DNA of 64,000 bases from Octopus vulgaris (lineage: Eukaryota). Of this stretch, positions 1 through 12,735 are shown piece after piece (position 1 is the first letter of the stretch; each line of letters opens with the position of its first letter). The DNA is taken from assembly GCA_951406725.2 (NCBI GenBank), contig OX597814.1, positions 80,972,001-81,036,000 of the forward strand. The letters run 5' to 3'. The notes under the pieces were generated by a model. The model was not told the origin of the DNA and searched no databases. It worked only from the letters and a program-made list of their open reading frames with translations. The translations under genes were made by a program, and so were the position numbers.

Positions 1-502
1 CATTTTTTGCTTCTTTATCATACCTTGAAAATATTCTTTGTATTTAACAATTAACAGGCCATTTGCGTGTGCCTCTTCTTGATGTTTTATGCATAATTCA
101 TCTCATATATGAATGATAACTGTTGTGATGCGGTTTATGAGCTATGAGTGCCCATGATACAATGGCAATGAATGTTTAATTTGCTAATTAACCATTTCAC
201 AAACCACAATACTTCGCAGAGCCAATATTTAACTCTAATATTTGTAGTGTTTAATGGATGACATACCCTTGAGAGAACACTAGTCTCTTGTAATTAACTT
301 TCCCCTAGAAATTCTGGAACATTTTAGAATTGATTATCTTTTTCACAAACACAACGAAATGGTTGAAATGAGATATGAATTCTTGAATTCACTACCTTTT
401 TAGCTGAGACTCTTTAACCACCTGCTCTAACCACACACCTCCTTTTATTTCATTATCTAACAAATCAGTAAGGTATCATTAAGAGATTGGAAATTCATGT
501 GA

Positions 503-667
503 GAGACATGGGTGTGTGGCTAAGAAGCCTGAATCCCAACCATGTAGGCTGGGGTTCTGTTCCTCTATGCAGTACCTTGGGCATGTCTTGTATTATAGCT
601 CTGAACACACCAAAACCTTGTGAGTGGGTTTAGCAGACAGAAACTGGAAGAAGCCCATCATGCATAT

Positions 668-702
<35 letters not shown>

Positions 703-880
703 TGTGTATGCATGCATGTATGTATATGTGTGTGTGTATATATATATATATAAAATAGACAATTTGGACAAATAAATATAAGTGGATTTGATAGTCAGAA
801 ACTGAAAGAAGCCTATCATATATATATAAATGGCGGTGCCCCAGCATGGCCACAGCTCATAGGCTGGAACTGGAATCAAT
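503..880 (+). mobile_element. tRNA-derived SINE, family A (with internal TG/TA microsatellite)
   Basis: Head 'gtgtgtggctaagaagcct..cccaaccatg..ttctgttcc..accttgggcatgtcttgtattatagc..cagaaactggaagaagccc' and tail 'ggcggtgccccagcatggccacagctc' recur many times in the window (e.g. 4452, 12736, 20845, 48024, 63620). Confidence 0.8.
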
Positions 881-894
881 CAATCAATCAATCA

Positions 895-1790
895 TATCGG
901 GTTGGCAACTAAGTTTCTGCTGTTTTTTTAAATTTAAGTTTTTTAAAAGGTTTAATAAAAGCTAACAACTGTTCACAACTTCTTCCCAATGTTCAACAAG
1001 TTTTTCAATACCTCGTTGGTAGAAATCACCCAATTTCGACTCGAAAAGTGATCCAACCAAGCTCTCAATTCTGCATCAGTATTGAACGAAACTTCACGCA
1101 TAGCATTTGAAAGAGATGAAAAAGGTGGAAATCTGTTGGTGCCAAATCAGGAGAGTATGGTGGGTGTGATAGCACTTCCTAGCCATGCATTTGAATGGCT
1201 TCCTTTTGTCATATTGGCGATATGAGGGCGGGTATTGTTGTGCAGCAGAAGAACTCCATGCTGCCGATTAGGTCTTTTCTTTTGAACAGCTGTGTTGAGT
1301 CATTCCATCTGTTGAACATTGAGTTCCATGTTGTACCATTTGGTTCTGTTCAAGCAATTCATAATGGTTTAATCCCTTATACCAGCCACCATATGCACAA
1401 CATCATTTTATGCAGATGAAGATCTTGTTTCACGCACAGTGTCACTATAGTTTTCCAGGGGTATAAGTTCCACTCCTTACGCTGCTTCATATTGAACTTG
1501 GAAAAACATTGTTTACCAATAACAAATGTCACTTTGTTTTCTTCAGATTGAAGAAAGATAAACAAAATCATTTTCTCAGAACACCATTTATGATCTGAAA
1601 ATAGAATTTCATTAATAGAAAAATACATAGATTTATTTTTCTGCAATATTCTCAAAAAACAATAAAAAATTCCAATATTTAAAAATGCGATGTTTATTCA
1701 GAAAAAATATGCCGTATCATATGTATGCAGTTTGTGTTTGTCTCCTCATAACTTCACAAAAAGCAGGTGTTCAAAATGATATTTACTAAA
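895..1790 (-). pseudogene. Decayed mariner (DD34D) transposon with right TIR; transposase pseudogene
   Basis: Minus-strand translation gives VLLLHNNTRPH (HDNARPH motif), EVLSHPPYSPDLAPTDFHLF (~1120-1180), FYQRGIEKLVEHWEEVV and NMKQRKEW..VKQDLH..MLCIWW. TIR-like 'tatcgggttggcaactaagt' at 895 follows TA. Stops and frameshifts present; the part above ~1470 is heavily garbled (HFEHLLF remnant near 1760-1780). Confidence 0.9.
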
Positions 1791-1942
1791 ATTATCTAAA
1801 AATTATAACAATAAATTCCAAAAATTAAAATGAATCATCAAGATTCTTTTCTTCTCATGTTTCTTTGCCTGTCCATTTCTACAATAATGAATATATTATA
1901 TTTGCTAATTCATAACATTACTCATGATTGCTTATGTTGTAA

Positions 1943-2825
1943 TTATTTTTGCTTCAAGTATTGAAAAATTCTTTGTATTTAAAATTAACTAGGCAATTTG
2001 GGTACCATCTTTAAGACACAATTCATCTCAATAGAATGATAACTGTTTGATTTTTGACAGGTCAATGATGAACACTTCAAGTGTTTTGTCAATTGAACAT
2101 TTAGTACCAAAAGTGACAAATATTTAACATCAATATGGTGTTTTGGAGTGACATCTGAGAAACATGTTATGTAATTCATCTTTCCCCAGAAATTCACATC
2201 AGAATGGAGGCCAACACAAGAAATGTTGAAAGAGTATGTTCTGAATTCACTACCTGTGAGCTCTTTCCATGCTCAACACACATCCCATTATCTAACATCA
2301 GTAAGGTATCATTAGGAAATTCATGTGAGAGACATGGGTGTGTGGAAGAAGTGTCCCAACCAGGGTGATTCTGTCTCTATGCAGTACCTTATGTCTTGTA
2401 ATACTCTGAACACACCACAGGGTTTGCAGACAGAAACTGGAAAGCCCATCATGCTGTTTGTGTGTTTTTTGGCTGTGTATGAACAATGATTTTGTTGAAT
2501 ATAATATATATATAAAATAGTATTTCAAGATAAATATAATCTATGGTAAACTACCATCTGTTATATGTGAGATGGAATCATTGTGTAATAATCAATCAAT
2601 CATATGTTATAATTTCTGCTTTTTTTAATATATATGTTATATAAATATATATAATAAAAGCAACAACTGTTCACAACTTCTTAATGTTCAACATTTTTCA
2701 CAAGCCTTTGGTGAAAGTAAAAAGTGACACCAACTTCAATTTATCAGTGGACTTCACAAGCATTTGAAGAGATTGAAAAATAAATGGGCTCTGAATTGTG
2801 TGTGATAGCATTCCTAACATTTGCT
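1943..2825 (+). repeat. Indel-rich second copy of window positions ~1-1190
   Basis: Colinear anchors shared with 1-1190: 'ttctttgtattt', 'attcatctca', 'tgaattcactacc', 'cagtaaggtatcatta', 'ggaaattcatgtgagagacatgggtgtgtgg', 'ctctgaacacacca', 'aacaactgttcacaacttctt', 'tgtgatagca'. Confidence 0.9.
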
Positions 2826-3459
2826 GACATTTCATTTATAATATGTCAGCAGGGAAAATTAATTATTGAGAGGATTGCAGATAGAACATAGTAAATCTTT
2901 GCTAGTTGAGTACAATGATATTAATTCCTCTGGCCTTAAGCTAGAATTAGCTTAAAGATTGGCTTTGTCGTCATGAAAGAAATAACATGAAGAAACCATA
3001 TCTTAGTGAGGAAACAGTAAAGTGCTGGCTTTTTATTATTCAGTTTTAGCTACTTTAGGTCTCTTCATATTTGCTATTATTTGGCCATTTATGAAATAAA
3101 TGAATCGTTTTGTCCAAGTACAATATGTCAAATGTATGTCATAAAGCATGAAAAGTGAATTTAATTATATGTTTCTATATTCATTTTCTCTGCCAGTTCC
3201 TGACAAGAATTTTAGTCAAAAGTTGACTTGTCCAATACAAGATTTTAAGTTGATTACTTATTCTATCAGTCTATTTTCTGAACTGTAATGCAAATAAATG
3301 TAGGATGCAAATAAACAATACTCGTCAAATGATGGAGGAGACAAAAACATACATACATATACATACACAGACACACACATACATACATATATATACATGC
3401 ATACATACATACAGACAAACAGACAGAATGTGCATACATACATAACATGCATACAAAAT

Positions 3460-3850
3460 TTTACTGAACCTGGCTTTAAAAGAAAAAGGCAATTAATTAT
3501 GATTATTGAACATATTCTCCTCATCACCACTTCACAACTGTTTATTTATAACTTGTTAAAATAAGTTTGGGCTTCCAACTAGGCCTTTCATGACACCCTT
3601 AACCCTTTCGATACCAACCCGGCTGAAACCAGTTCTGGCTCTGAGTACAAATGTCTTTTCATAAGTTTTTAATTAAAATCTGCCACCAAACCTTAGTCAC
3701 AATTTATGTTCCTAACACTAGCTGAATGATAACTAAGCTATTTTACTAAATTCTTTGTTATATTTAAAGTAATTGAAAGAAACACAGAACATCTCAAAAT
3801 AAATACAGTAACGAAAGGGTTAAAGCCAGGAACTTTCCAACAGCCCCCAT
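3460..3850 (-). mobile_element. Mariner-type MITE (same family as 52217-52438), interrupted by a piggyBac-type MITE
   Basis: 'cctggcttt..aattaattatgatt..aacatattc..cttccaactaggcctttc..acccttaa|agccaggaacttt' aligns to the reverse complement of 52217-52438 and to 55148-55336 once 3603-3823 is removed. Confidence 0.7.
3603..3819. mobile_element. piggyBac-type MITE with TTAA target-site duplication
   Basis: TTAA(3599-3602)-CCCTTTCGATAC ... GTAACGAAAGGG-TTAA(3820-3823): inverted termini starting CCC with a TTAA duplication. Confidence 0.88.
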
Positions 3851-4114
3851 GAGTATGTGTGTGATGAGCTTCCACAAAGTTTCTTGTCTACAAATTCACC
3901 AACAAGGCAGTAGGTTGGCCCAAGGCTTATAGTAGAAAACACCTACCCAAGGTGCTGTGTTCTGTGACTGAACCTGAAATCATGTGATTTGAAAGTATAT
4001 ACCTTCTCTTATATTTTATTTTATTTATTTATTTATTTATTTATTTATATATTTATTTATGTACTTTTAAAGCTGTTACTGTACTGCGAATTTTCAATGT
4101 CAATTACATTGATT

Positions 4115-4317
4115 TAACCCATTGATAGCAACCCACCTGAGAGAGTCCCAGGTTTTTTAAGTTAATCTGATTTCATACTTTCCATTGAAATTTTGTGTTA
4201 ATTTAAGTTCCAAACTTCAGCTTAACATGACGGTTATTTTATTTTATTTTATTGAATTCTTTATTATTTTCAAAATTGATTGATTGATGCAAAGAAATAT
4301 GACAACCAAAGGATTAA
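4115..4317. mobile_element. Degenerate copy of the piggyBac-type MITE
   Basis: 'ttaacccattgatagcaaccc..' to '..accaaaggattaa'; internal similarity to 3603-3819 ('aatttaagttccaaac', 'ttctttattattttcaaaatt'). Confidence 0.6.
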
Positions 4318-4451
4318 GTTGCCTAATGCAGCAAAGATACAAAGCTATCGTAGCTCTCTTACATAATCTGTACCAAACATTTTTCACTGATTTAATAATT
4401 AGTAAATTTTTTCTTAGGTATGTGTTCAGTATAATAGAATTTTCATAAACA

Positions 4452-4820
4452 TAGGCACAGATGTGGCTGTGTGGTTAGAAGCTTGCTTCCCAACCACATA
4501 GTTCCAGGTTCAGTCCCACTGCATGGCACCTTGGGTAAGTGTCTTGTACTATAGCCTCAGGCTGACCAAAGCCTTGTGAGTGGATTTGGTACAGAAACTG
4601 AAAGAAGCCTGTCATACATATATATGCATATATATATATATATCATGTGTCTTTGTGTCTGTGTTGGTGTGTTTTCATTTCCATAACTTAGCAGATCAGC
4701 AAAAGAGACTGATAGAATAAATACCAGGCTTCAAAAAAAAATAATAATAATAATAATTTGACTAAAAATTCTTCAGAATGTTGCTCCTGCATGGCACAGT
4801 CTAATAATTGAGACTAGTAT
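4452..4820 (+). mobile_element. tRNA-derived SINE family A, near full length
   Basis: 'ggcacagatgtggctgtgtggttagaagcttgcttcccaaccacatagttccaggttcagtcccactgcatggcaccttgggtaagtgtc' (A-box/B-box-like), TA tract, then second module 'ccataacttagcagatcagcaaaagagactgatagaataa'. Confidence 0.85.
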
Positions 4821-5330
4821 GATAATCAAATATTCCACCAATAATATAGTAGACAGCATCCTTTGGATTCCAAAATTGTTAAATTCCTAAAAAGCTTGCC
4901 ATAACATGGAATTCCATAATGTGCTACCTATTTTCCCTTTGACTTTCATATAACAGCAATATTTACAGGAACCCAGTGGTTCCATAACATGGAGGAATCC
5001 TATATATTTTTAGACAAATTATTTGCAAATGTAGAAAACAAAATATTACCTTTTTTGTGTTCTAAATTCAAATCTTGCCAGAGTTAGCATTGGTCTTCAT
5101 CCTTTTAGTCTTGTTTTGAGTTGAGTGTGAGTTCAATCATCAGGAACTTTCCTATTATGTATATTTTTCCACAGCATTTATGGCTACCTGGTTAAAGAGC
5201 TTTCTTTGTAACAAAGTGCTTCTGGGTTCAGTCTTACTGTGCAGCACTTTGGACAGGTGTCATCTCCTATAACCCTGGGCTGACCAATGCTTTGAGAGTA
5301 AATATGTTGATGAAAACTGTGTGGAAGTCC

Positions 5331-5399
<69 letters not shown>

Positions 5400-6018
5400 G
5401 TGTGTGTGTGTGAGTGTTTTGACTTGTTTGACTATACCCTTCAAAATTATATATTGTGCACTTTATTGAGTCTTCTTATGCACATGACCCTTGGTCATTG
5501 GAAAAATTGTCTTGCATGAAACCAATCTGTGGTGCAAAAAATATTGGGGATCCCTCTACTAAATTGTTATTGACACTTAACACTACAATTATTAGTTAAT
5601 ATTCAGATATTCTACTTCTCTTACAAGCAAAAACCATGACTAATCAGATAAATTGAAAGGACTAAAATAACAATAATAAGAAGAACAATAACAATCAATT
5701 GTATTGCTCACCTACATTATGCCTACTTACGCAAAGATAATTTCCACATCGTTAATCATTAATCCTTCAAATGAATTGTTACTTAGCTAGCTTTGTATGA
5801 CTTGCCGGATTATGGTATCTTTGACAGATGAGAAATTACAATGTTTGAGATCTGTGTCATCTACAATATAAGTTAACCTCCTACAGCCTCAAAAATGATA
5901 TTGGGAAATGTACCTTACTCATGACATATATCTTTACAGTTGAGCCAATGATAGTGACTTTATATGATTGCTTGATCTGTTAGAAACCAAATCTATTTTA
6001 AATCTCACTTGAATGTCT

Positions 6019-6247
6019 TCACCCTGTAGCATTTAAACCAGCTGTATCTGGCCCAAATATTTTATCTGTTTTATGTTCTAACCAGCCAGATATGATCTCT
6101 CACACCTACCCTACAATGTCATTCTGAAACTACAACAATCATATTATCGAACTCTCAATGCTACAAGATAATGTCTAATTAATTCAAAACAATGTGAATA
6201 AATAAGCATTACTTTTGACAGAAAAATCTAAATACTAAAAGGGTAAA
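6019..6247. mobile_element. Second piggyBac-type MITE family, inserted in a family-E repeat
   Basis: 'ttcaccctgtagcattt ... aaatactaaaagggtaaa' degenerate TTAA-CCC..GGG-TTAA termini. Flanks (5960-6018, 6250-6335) are the two halves of the family-E repeat. Confidence 0.55.
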
Positions 6248-8837
6248 AAAATATGGGATGGTCATAGTTGTAACCCCTTCCATTATAGGCCTACTCAGTG
6301 AAGATTGAGCTGTGGTTAAACAACAATGTCAACAACAGCTTATTTACACTTGATGGACACTGCCATTGGAAGAGAGAAAGTGAAAGAGAGAGAGAGAGAG
6401 AGAGATATGAACGGAAGGAAAGTTAAGCATTTTTGCTATTTATACTCAATAGTATGTTTGTGACAGGATACAAGCTGACTGTCTTATTGACTTGGTCAGC
6501 TGTGGCTATGTGAGATCAATAATTTAAAAACAATACATGCCCTTCCTGGGAATAAAAAAATCCAAATGTAAAGGAAAACATTTCTAAAAATGATCATATG
6601 CTATTTAGGTTAATTTGCATATTACTGCAATATAATTTTTCCTATTGAATTATTGTAATTGATTTCTTGATTATCAAAGAGTTTTCACATTGACAATATA
6701 GCATTGTCTGCTTCTTAACAAATCAATAATGAAATGATATTTCCTTCTACATTGAATAGAGGAAATGTTGATAATTCCGTTTTCTTTTCTATAATTCAAA
6801 TTTCCAGTCAAAAAGATAAAAATAAAAATACAAAATTTTCAGTTGAAATTAGTTTGACTGAAAAACAATGATATCTTGAATTTTTCTTTATTCTATTTTT
6901 AAATTAGGTTAACAGAAACATTGACTGGCCAATTGAAATATTTAAAAGAAAGAAAATATATTAAAACAGAACAAGATTTTTACATTTGAAATGATTTTTT
7001 TTTTATATCTGGATATAATTTTTGTTAATCTTTTAATTCCTTTTTCATAACTTTTTATTTATTTTTGTTGTAACAGTATTCAGTTTATTTTATCGATACA
7101 ACCTTTAACTTTACAATTTCATTTTTGGCCTCATCTATTTCTTCAATGTACTGCTAACTTGCAAATGAAAGGAGGAAAACAGAATTATTTTAATTTACAA
7201 GATATTAGTTCAAATAATGGTTTGATTTATTTGAGAACTTATTCATTTCAAACTTAGAGCTGCAGTTAGCTAAATCAGATGAACACCAGCATATCCACCT
7301 ATAGGGCCAAATATTTATATCTCATATTTGGCAATATACTGTACCTTAGTCAAAGTCTCATAAACTTCAATGTCCCATGGTATTCAGAGTTACTGCAGAC
7401 TACAGTAAGCAGAAAAGGACTACAAATGACCCAGTTCATAGAAAAATGGATAACCAATCTAGAAGTTAGCCAATTAGACATTCATACCATATCACTGACC
7501 CTGCTTTATATCCATGGCTATGGGACTCAACTCTCCAGCTATCCACCTCACTTAATTATTTTTGCTAAGAGAAATCATTAGCAGTTCTAAAAATGTAGAT
7601 TTTCTAAGCTTGCAGAACTGATTTTAACTTTTTGCAGATATAGCTCAGGTAATAAAAATGAGATCTATCGAGCTCAGTCTTTAGCAGCTTTCTAGAACTT
7701 ACCATCACCATTTGCAGCTTTGCTTTGGGTAGTTTTTAGCTTACATAACTCAGCTTGAACTCTCATCTGGGGAATGCCAGCATAATTTTTATGAATCCCA
7801 GGAAAATAAAGTCTCTGGTGATGTTTTAATAGATCAGTAATGACAAGAAATAGATTATTCTAATTTGAGTATCTATATAATATTCTGCTTGTTCGTTAGC
7901 TTGTTATACCTTAGCGGTGGCAGTGAAGTGAATAAGAGGTGGAGTGATAGTGTGAGAAAGAGGGGACATGTGAATAGGGAAGAAAGAAGAGAGGAGTATA
8001 ATAATATACTAAGGCCAAATGCATCTTGTGGTTAGTTGAAAGGAGAAGTGAAGAACAAGAGAATAAGATGATGAGACAAAAGAGAGAAAGAGAAATGTTA
8101 ACGATGTGCTGTAGTGTTGGGGGGGGGGGAGGTAAAGAGAAAGATATATGTTTAGGACACAATGTTTAGCAGAGGGTGATGCTCTGGTGATAAGGTTAAA
8201 GAAAGGCAGATAGAGGGAGATGGACAGTGAGGCAGTTACATTGAGAGAGAAAGAGAGAGGGGCAGGTAGCGTTTATATTGTCAGAGTAAAGATACATTGA
8301 CAGCAAGAAGTAGATATAAACAAACAGCTGAAATGAAATGAAATGAGCTTTGTTACTGAAAACTATGATGATGATGATGATGGTGGTGGTGTGTTGATAG
8401 TGAAAAGTTGTTTTTTTTTTTATTGAACTTAATCTATAATATTCTTCTCTTTGTTCATTCACACTTTAAGCTTAATTTTGTTAGAGAGGAGGAGATGAAG
8501 TGAGAGAGAGGAAGAGGGAATGTGAGAGTAAGTGAGAGGGCAGATAGCCAGCCAATGCATTATGCTGTTACTCATGTGGTTTGTGGAAGTGAGAGGTGAA
8601 GAAAAAGAAAGAAATGTTAAAGACATGAAGAAGAGAATTACATGGTTAAAAAGTTTGTTGAAGAGGTAGAGAGAAAGAGAGAAATATAAAGTGCTTAGCA
8701 GAGGGAAATTTTAAAATCATATAAATATATTATTGTGACTGGTAGTGGAATAACTTATAAAAATGCAAATCATCTTTTCTTTCTTAAATAACTTCTCTTA
8801 ATCATTTTCATTCTGTAGAATTTCCATGGGTCCCACC

Positions 8838-8841
<4 letters not shown>

Positions 8842-8899
<58 letters not shown>

Positions 8900-8913
8900 G
8901 TGTGTGTGTGTGT
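8842..8913. repeat. (TG)n microsatellite
   Basis: About 35 TG units with one interruption. Confidence 0.95.
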
Positions 8914-10603
8914 ATTCATTCAAGGAAGGCTGTGGATTGATGGCCAGTAGAGTATTGGATAGAATGTATTGTAATAATTGTTTCAGATTTCTGTGTCCTG
9001 AGATCAAATCCTGCTAAGGTCACTGTCATCCTTTCAGGGTTGATATATAAAGTATCTGTTGAGTACTGGAGACCACTTCTTCTTTGTCTCTCTTTATCAT
9101 TCTCTCAGAATTGGCCATGATATGCAGCAAGTGTTTGTAATGTCAGAAAGGATAGAATACCTTATTGATATAACTGTAAATCTCCACAGATTTCAGAACA
9201 ACTAGAACAACTCACACTTTAAGAGTTGGTGACTGTAGAAGAGGCTGATACTTCATAGGGAAAGAATACTTTCATTTATTATTTTTTTATCCTTTTCAAC
9301 AATGGAGACTTGCTTGGCCTTAGATGATCATTGGCATCCATTGATATTGACTTAAGAGAGAAAGGAAAATTAGCTGCAACATTCATGTGGTTCTCAAATG
9401 TATTTAATTGTAGTAAGTGAATTGAAATAACCATAACTAGGATCAAAATATATTTTAAGTTGTTCAACACATACCTGCATTATAAAAGGATATGGATAAG
9501 GATTAGGAGTCAATGTACAAGAAATGGTAGCCAAACCCTCCTCAAAACATGTCTTACTATGTTAAAAAGGAAGGTAATATTGGATGATATAGTTCAAGAT
9601 ATATTCTCTGGAGAAAAAAATTGGAGTGAAAGAGAAGATGGGTGTGACTAGAATGCTTTTGATTATAAATGTATTCAAGCATGATTGGCCTGGGGCTAAA
9701 CAGCAACAGCAGGCATTAATGTTGATGATTATATTGATCGTGATGACAAGGTGATGATGTTAATGATGACGATGCCATTAAGTACACTTCACTATCATCT
9801 TATGAACAACTCAAATAAATTTCTTTTTTTGTTTAATTATAACAATTGTAATGTGTATATATATGTGTGTGAGTGCAGGTCAGACAAGTATGTTTAGAAA
9901 TTAATCTTGCTTTCTTAGTGTTCTATGAACACATTGTTTGAAAACTGCTGTCTTAACAGAGGAGGTATTTTTTAGATTTCTTATAATTATATTTTATTTT
10001 TCTAAATACTTTTTCATATATACACGGTACACAATTATTTTTTCTCTTTCCTGCTCTATACTTTCTATGCAAACACTGAGTGATTATAATTTTTTTATTT
10101 CATTTTCATCTTTTTTTTTCTTCTTTTGGTAAATGCATTATAGAATTTTTATTTTGAGAAATACATCCATCTTGATTGTTGTTAAGTTTTATATTTACAT
10201 AAAGAATATTACACAAAATCAATGTCAAATATTTCTCTTTTTTTTCTCAGAAGAGGAAAAAATAGGATTTATCTTTTTATCTTTTATTTATTATTAGAGT
10301 TATTCTTGGAATATTTTCTTCACCATTGTTTTCTTATTATTTGTCTTCAATTATTGATCCTTAAATTTATATATTTTCTTAAATTATATTTTATATGACA
10401 CTAAAAGCTATCGATTATCTGAAACTAATTATCAAATTTACAATGAAAGACTAAGCAAATTTGAACTGTAATGTTTCATATATTCTATATATATATATTT
10501 TAGTAATTTTTTTTGTTTTACTTAGGGCAATGACATTATATTTTTTTCTTGTTATTCTTTTATGTAAGGAAAAATTAAAGAATTTGAATTGACTATCATC
10601 CTC

Positions 10604-11010
10604 ATCATCTTTACATATCTGTTCTCTTCTATATTTGCGCAAGCATAGTATCTCTCCACTTGTCGCTGTTCTTTGTCATCTCTTTCAGGATCTTCATGTG
10701 ATCGATCTTCATCACTTCATTCCATGTCTTCTTCAGCCTTTCTTTTCTATAAATTTCAATCAGTTAGATTGCTTCACATCATCTTTCTCCATACACATCA
10801 TTACACATTACATATCTATAAGGGCTCAATCTTTTCTCTTGTACACTACATCTGATTCCTTTTATAGACAGTTTTTCTCTCAGTTCATTTTGCTTCCATT
10901 GGTCATTCACACTAATATTACAAATCCAGTTGAATATGCACACCTCATTTCTTTCCACCATTCACACATCCTCTGCATTAAATGCATGTTTCCTACATCA
11001 CCACAGTTTG
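10604..11010 (-). mobile_element. RTE-clade LINE 3' fragment (ORF2 C-terminus and (ATG)n tail)
   Basis: Minus translation ERNEVCIFNWICNISVNDQWKQNELREKLSIKGIRCSVQEKRL.. and RLKKTWNEVMKID..MTKNSDKWR resemble the RTE C-terminal 'ERNE..MLRWMC..RRLRWYGHV..GRPRKTW' region; ends in gatgatgaggatgat. Confidence 0.75.
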
Positions 11011-11036
11011 TACAATATTTATCAAGCAATAAGTAT

Positions 11037-11249
11037 TTTAACCCTTTTGCTATCATATTTATGCTGAAATACATTGTCTTTGTTTCAGTTGATTTTGAAA
11101 ATAAAGAATTTAGTAAAAGAACTTTCTCATTATCAAACTGATGTTTGGAACATAAACTGACATGAAATTTTGATAAAAGGTTTTAATTTAGATGACTTTA
11201 AGACAGGAAACTTGTATCATAGAACTGTGGTTTGTATTAAATAGTTTAA
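11037..11249. mobile_element. piggyBac-type MITE, reverse-orientation relative of 3603-3819
   Basis: Starts 'ttaacccttttgctatcatattt'; internal 'aaagaatttagtaaaa..cattatc..tttggaacataaa' is the reverse complement of 3700-3760. Confidence 0.65.
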
Positions 11250-11761
11250 GACCTTTTTCCTTGTTAAAATGTGTATTGGCTTTGTGAGTTCTATGATTTT
11301 TATTTTTTTATTATAGTCGCTGCAGTTCACCCTTTTAAGGCAGTGTTTTACAGTCAGATGCCCTTTTTGACATCAGCTCTTTTAATCAGTTCATATGACA
11401 TGGAGATATGGTTTATCTATTCTAAAATCAAGATACTCCATACATAAGCATCATATAATCTACTCTCCACTTGGACAGTGGGTTTGTTTGCTATCAGCAA
11501 ATGTAATAGTCCTTTGAACTTTTTCCACCCTTTTTTTGCTCTGGTAATTATGTTTTCAAAACACTAACTTACCTCCCTTACTGGTAACAGAAGCTCAACT
11601 ACTTTAAGAATATTCTGCATATTTACAGGAATTCATTTCACAGGTGTTGTTACTGTTAACACTTCTTGTGCATATGTTATTTACAAAGACATCCTTCTTT
11701 GCCTGCCTTTCTTTCATTCTCTTGTACTTCTTGTGAATCCCTAGCTTATTTACATTGGGTA

Positions 11762-11960
11762 CATCATCATCATCGTCATCATCATTTAATGCCTATGTTC
11801 CATGCTGGCATGAATCGGATGGTTTGACAAGATCCGATAGGTCTAAGGACCACGTCATGCTCCAGTGGCATGGTTTCTATGACAGAATGTTTCTATGACA
11901 GAATGTTCTTCGTAAAGCCCTGGGTGCTTTATTTTGAGCCTCCTGCACTTGTTGGATCAC
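11762..11960 (-). mobile_element. RTE-tailed SINE (family C), degenerate
   Basis: (CAT)n tail plus 'ttccatgctggcatg..ggatggtttgac..ggcatggtttctatg'. Confidence 0.65.
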
Positions 11961-12735
11961 CATGCAGCTCTCATGCAATGTATGAATATAGAAGGGCAAA
12001 AACAACTATTGTCCATAGAAACTAGTGGTGACTACAGCCAGGAAAAAAAAAGACTCAATAAAATTTGCAAAATTGAAATATGTCATACACTGTGAAAAAG
12101 GTGAATGCTAATATTTCTAAGAGAGACCTACTTCAGAGATGAGGTGGAGAGATATGAATTAGATGTCTGTAAATGATGTGGAATTTATGTAAGAAAAAAT
12201 GAGAGAAGGATGAGACCATCAGAAAGTGTTGATGGTGAAAGGTCACAGGTCAGAACAATTTAGTGAAAAAACAGAGAATTAAAATATCTGAAGAGTTTCT
12301 GTGCATAGAAACATATATATGCAACAAACATGTGTATTCATTATATACTTACACATGCAATTGTGGAGAAGATAAAGAGTTAAATGGATTAAGATACAAG
12401 ATAATAGTCATATATTTGCATACAAACTGAAACACTTAAACATAAGTGTAGGTTTAGGCATTTACACATACGCACATAAGCTTTATATATTGTGTGTGTA
12501 TATGTCTATACATATATGTGAGTGTATGCATACATGTATATATGTATATGCATGTGTATATCAACTAGTGACATATAGTGATTGTTAACAGAAAGTGTGC
12601 TATGGTGCTGAACTTACTAAACTGGTGTAAGTATAAACTTAGAAATATATTTCATCTTCAACCTGACTTAATCATTGTTTCTGAACGTGTATTACTAGAT
12701 TTGGGAACAAATTAGCACCAGATATCACAATAATA

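Noticed and set aside
10635-11141. 168-aa plus-strand ORF
   Set aside because: Antisense to an RTE fragment and runs into a piggyBac MITE.
11575-11590. Perfect minus-strand splice donor (GAG|GTAAGT)
   Set aside because: The upstream sequence is a decayed RTE fragment homologous to 47480-47590, not a host exon.
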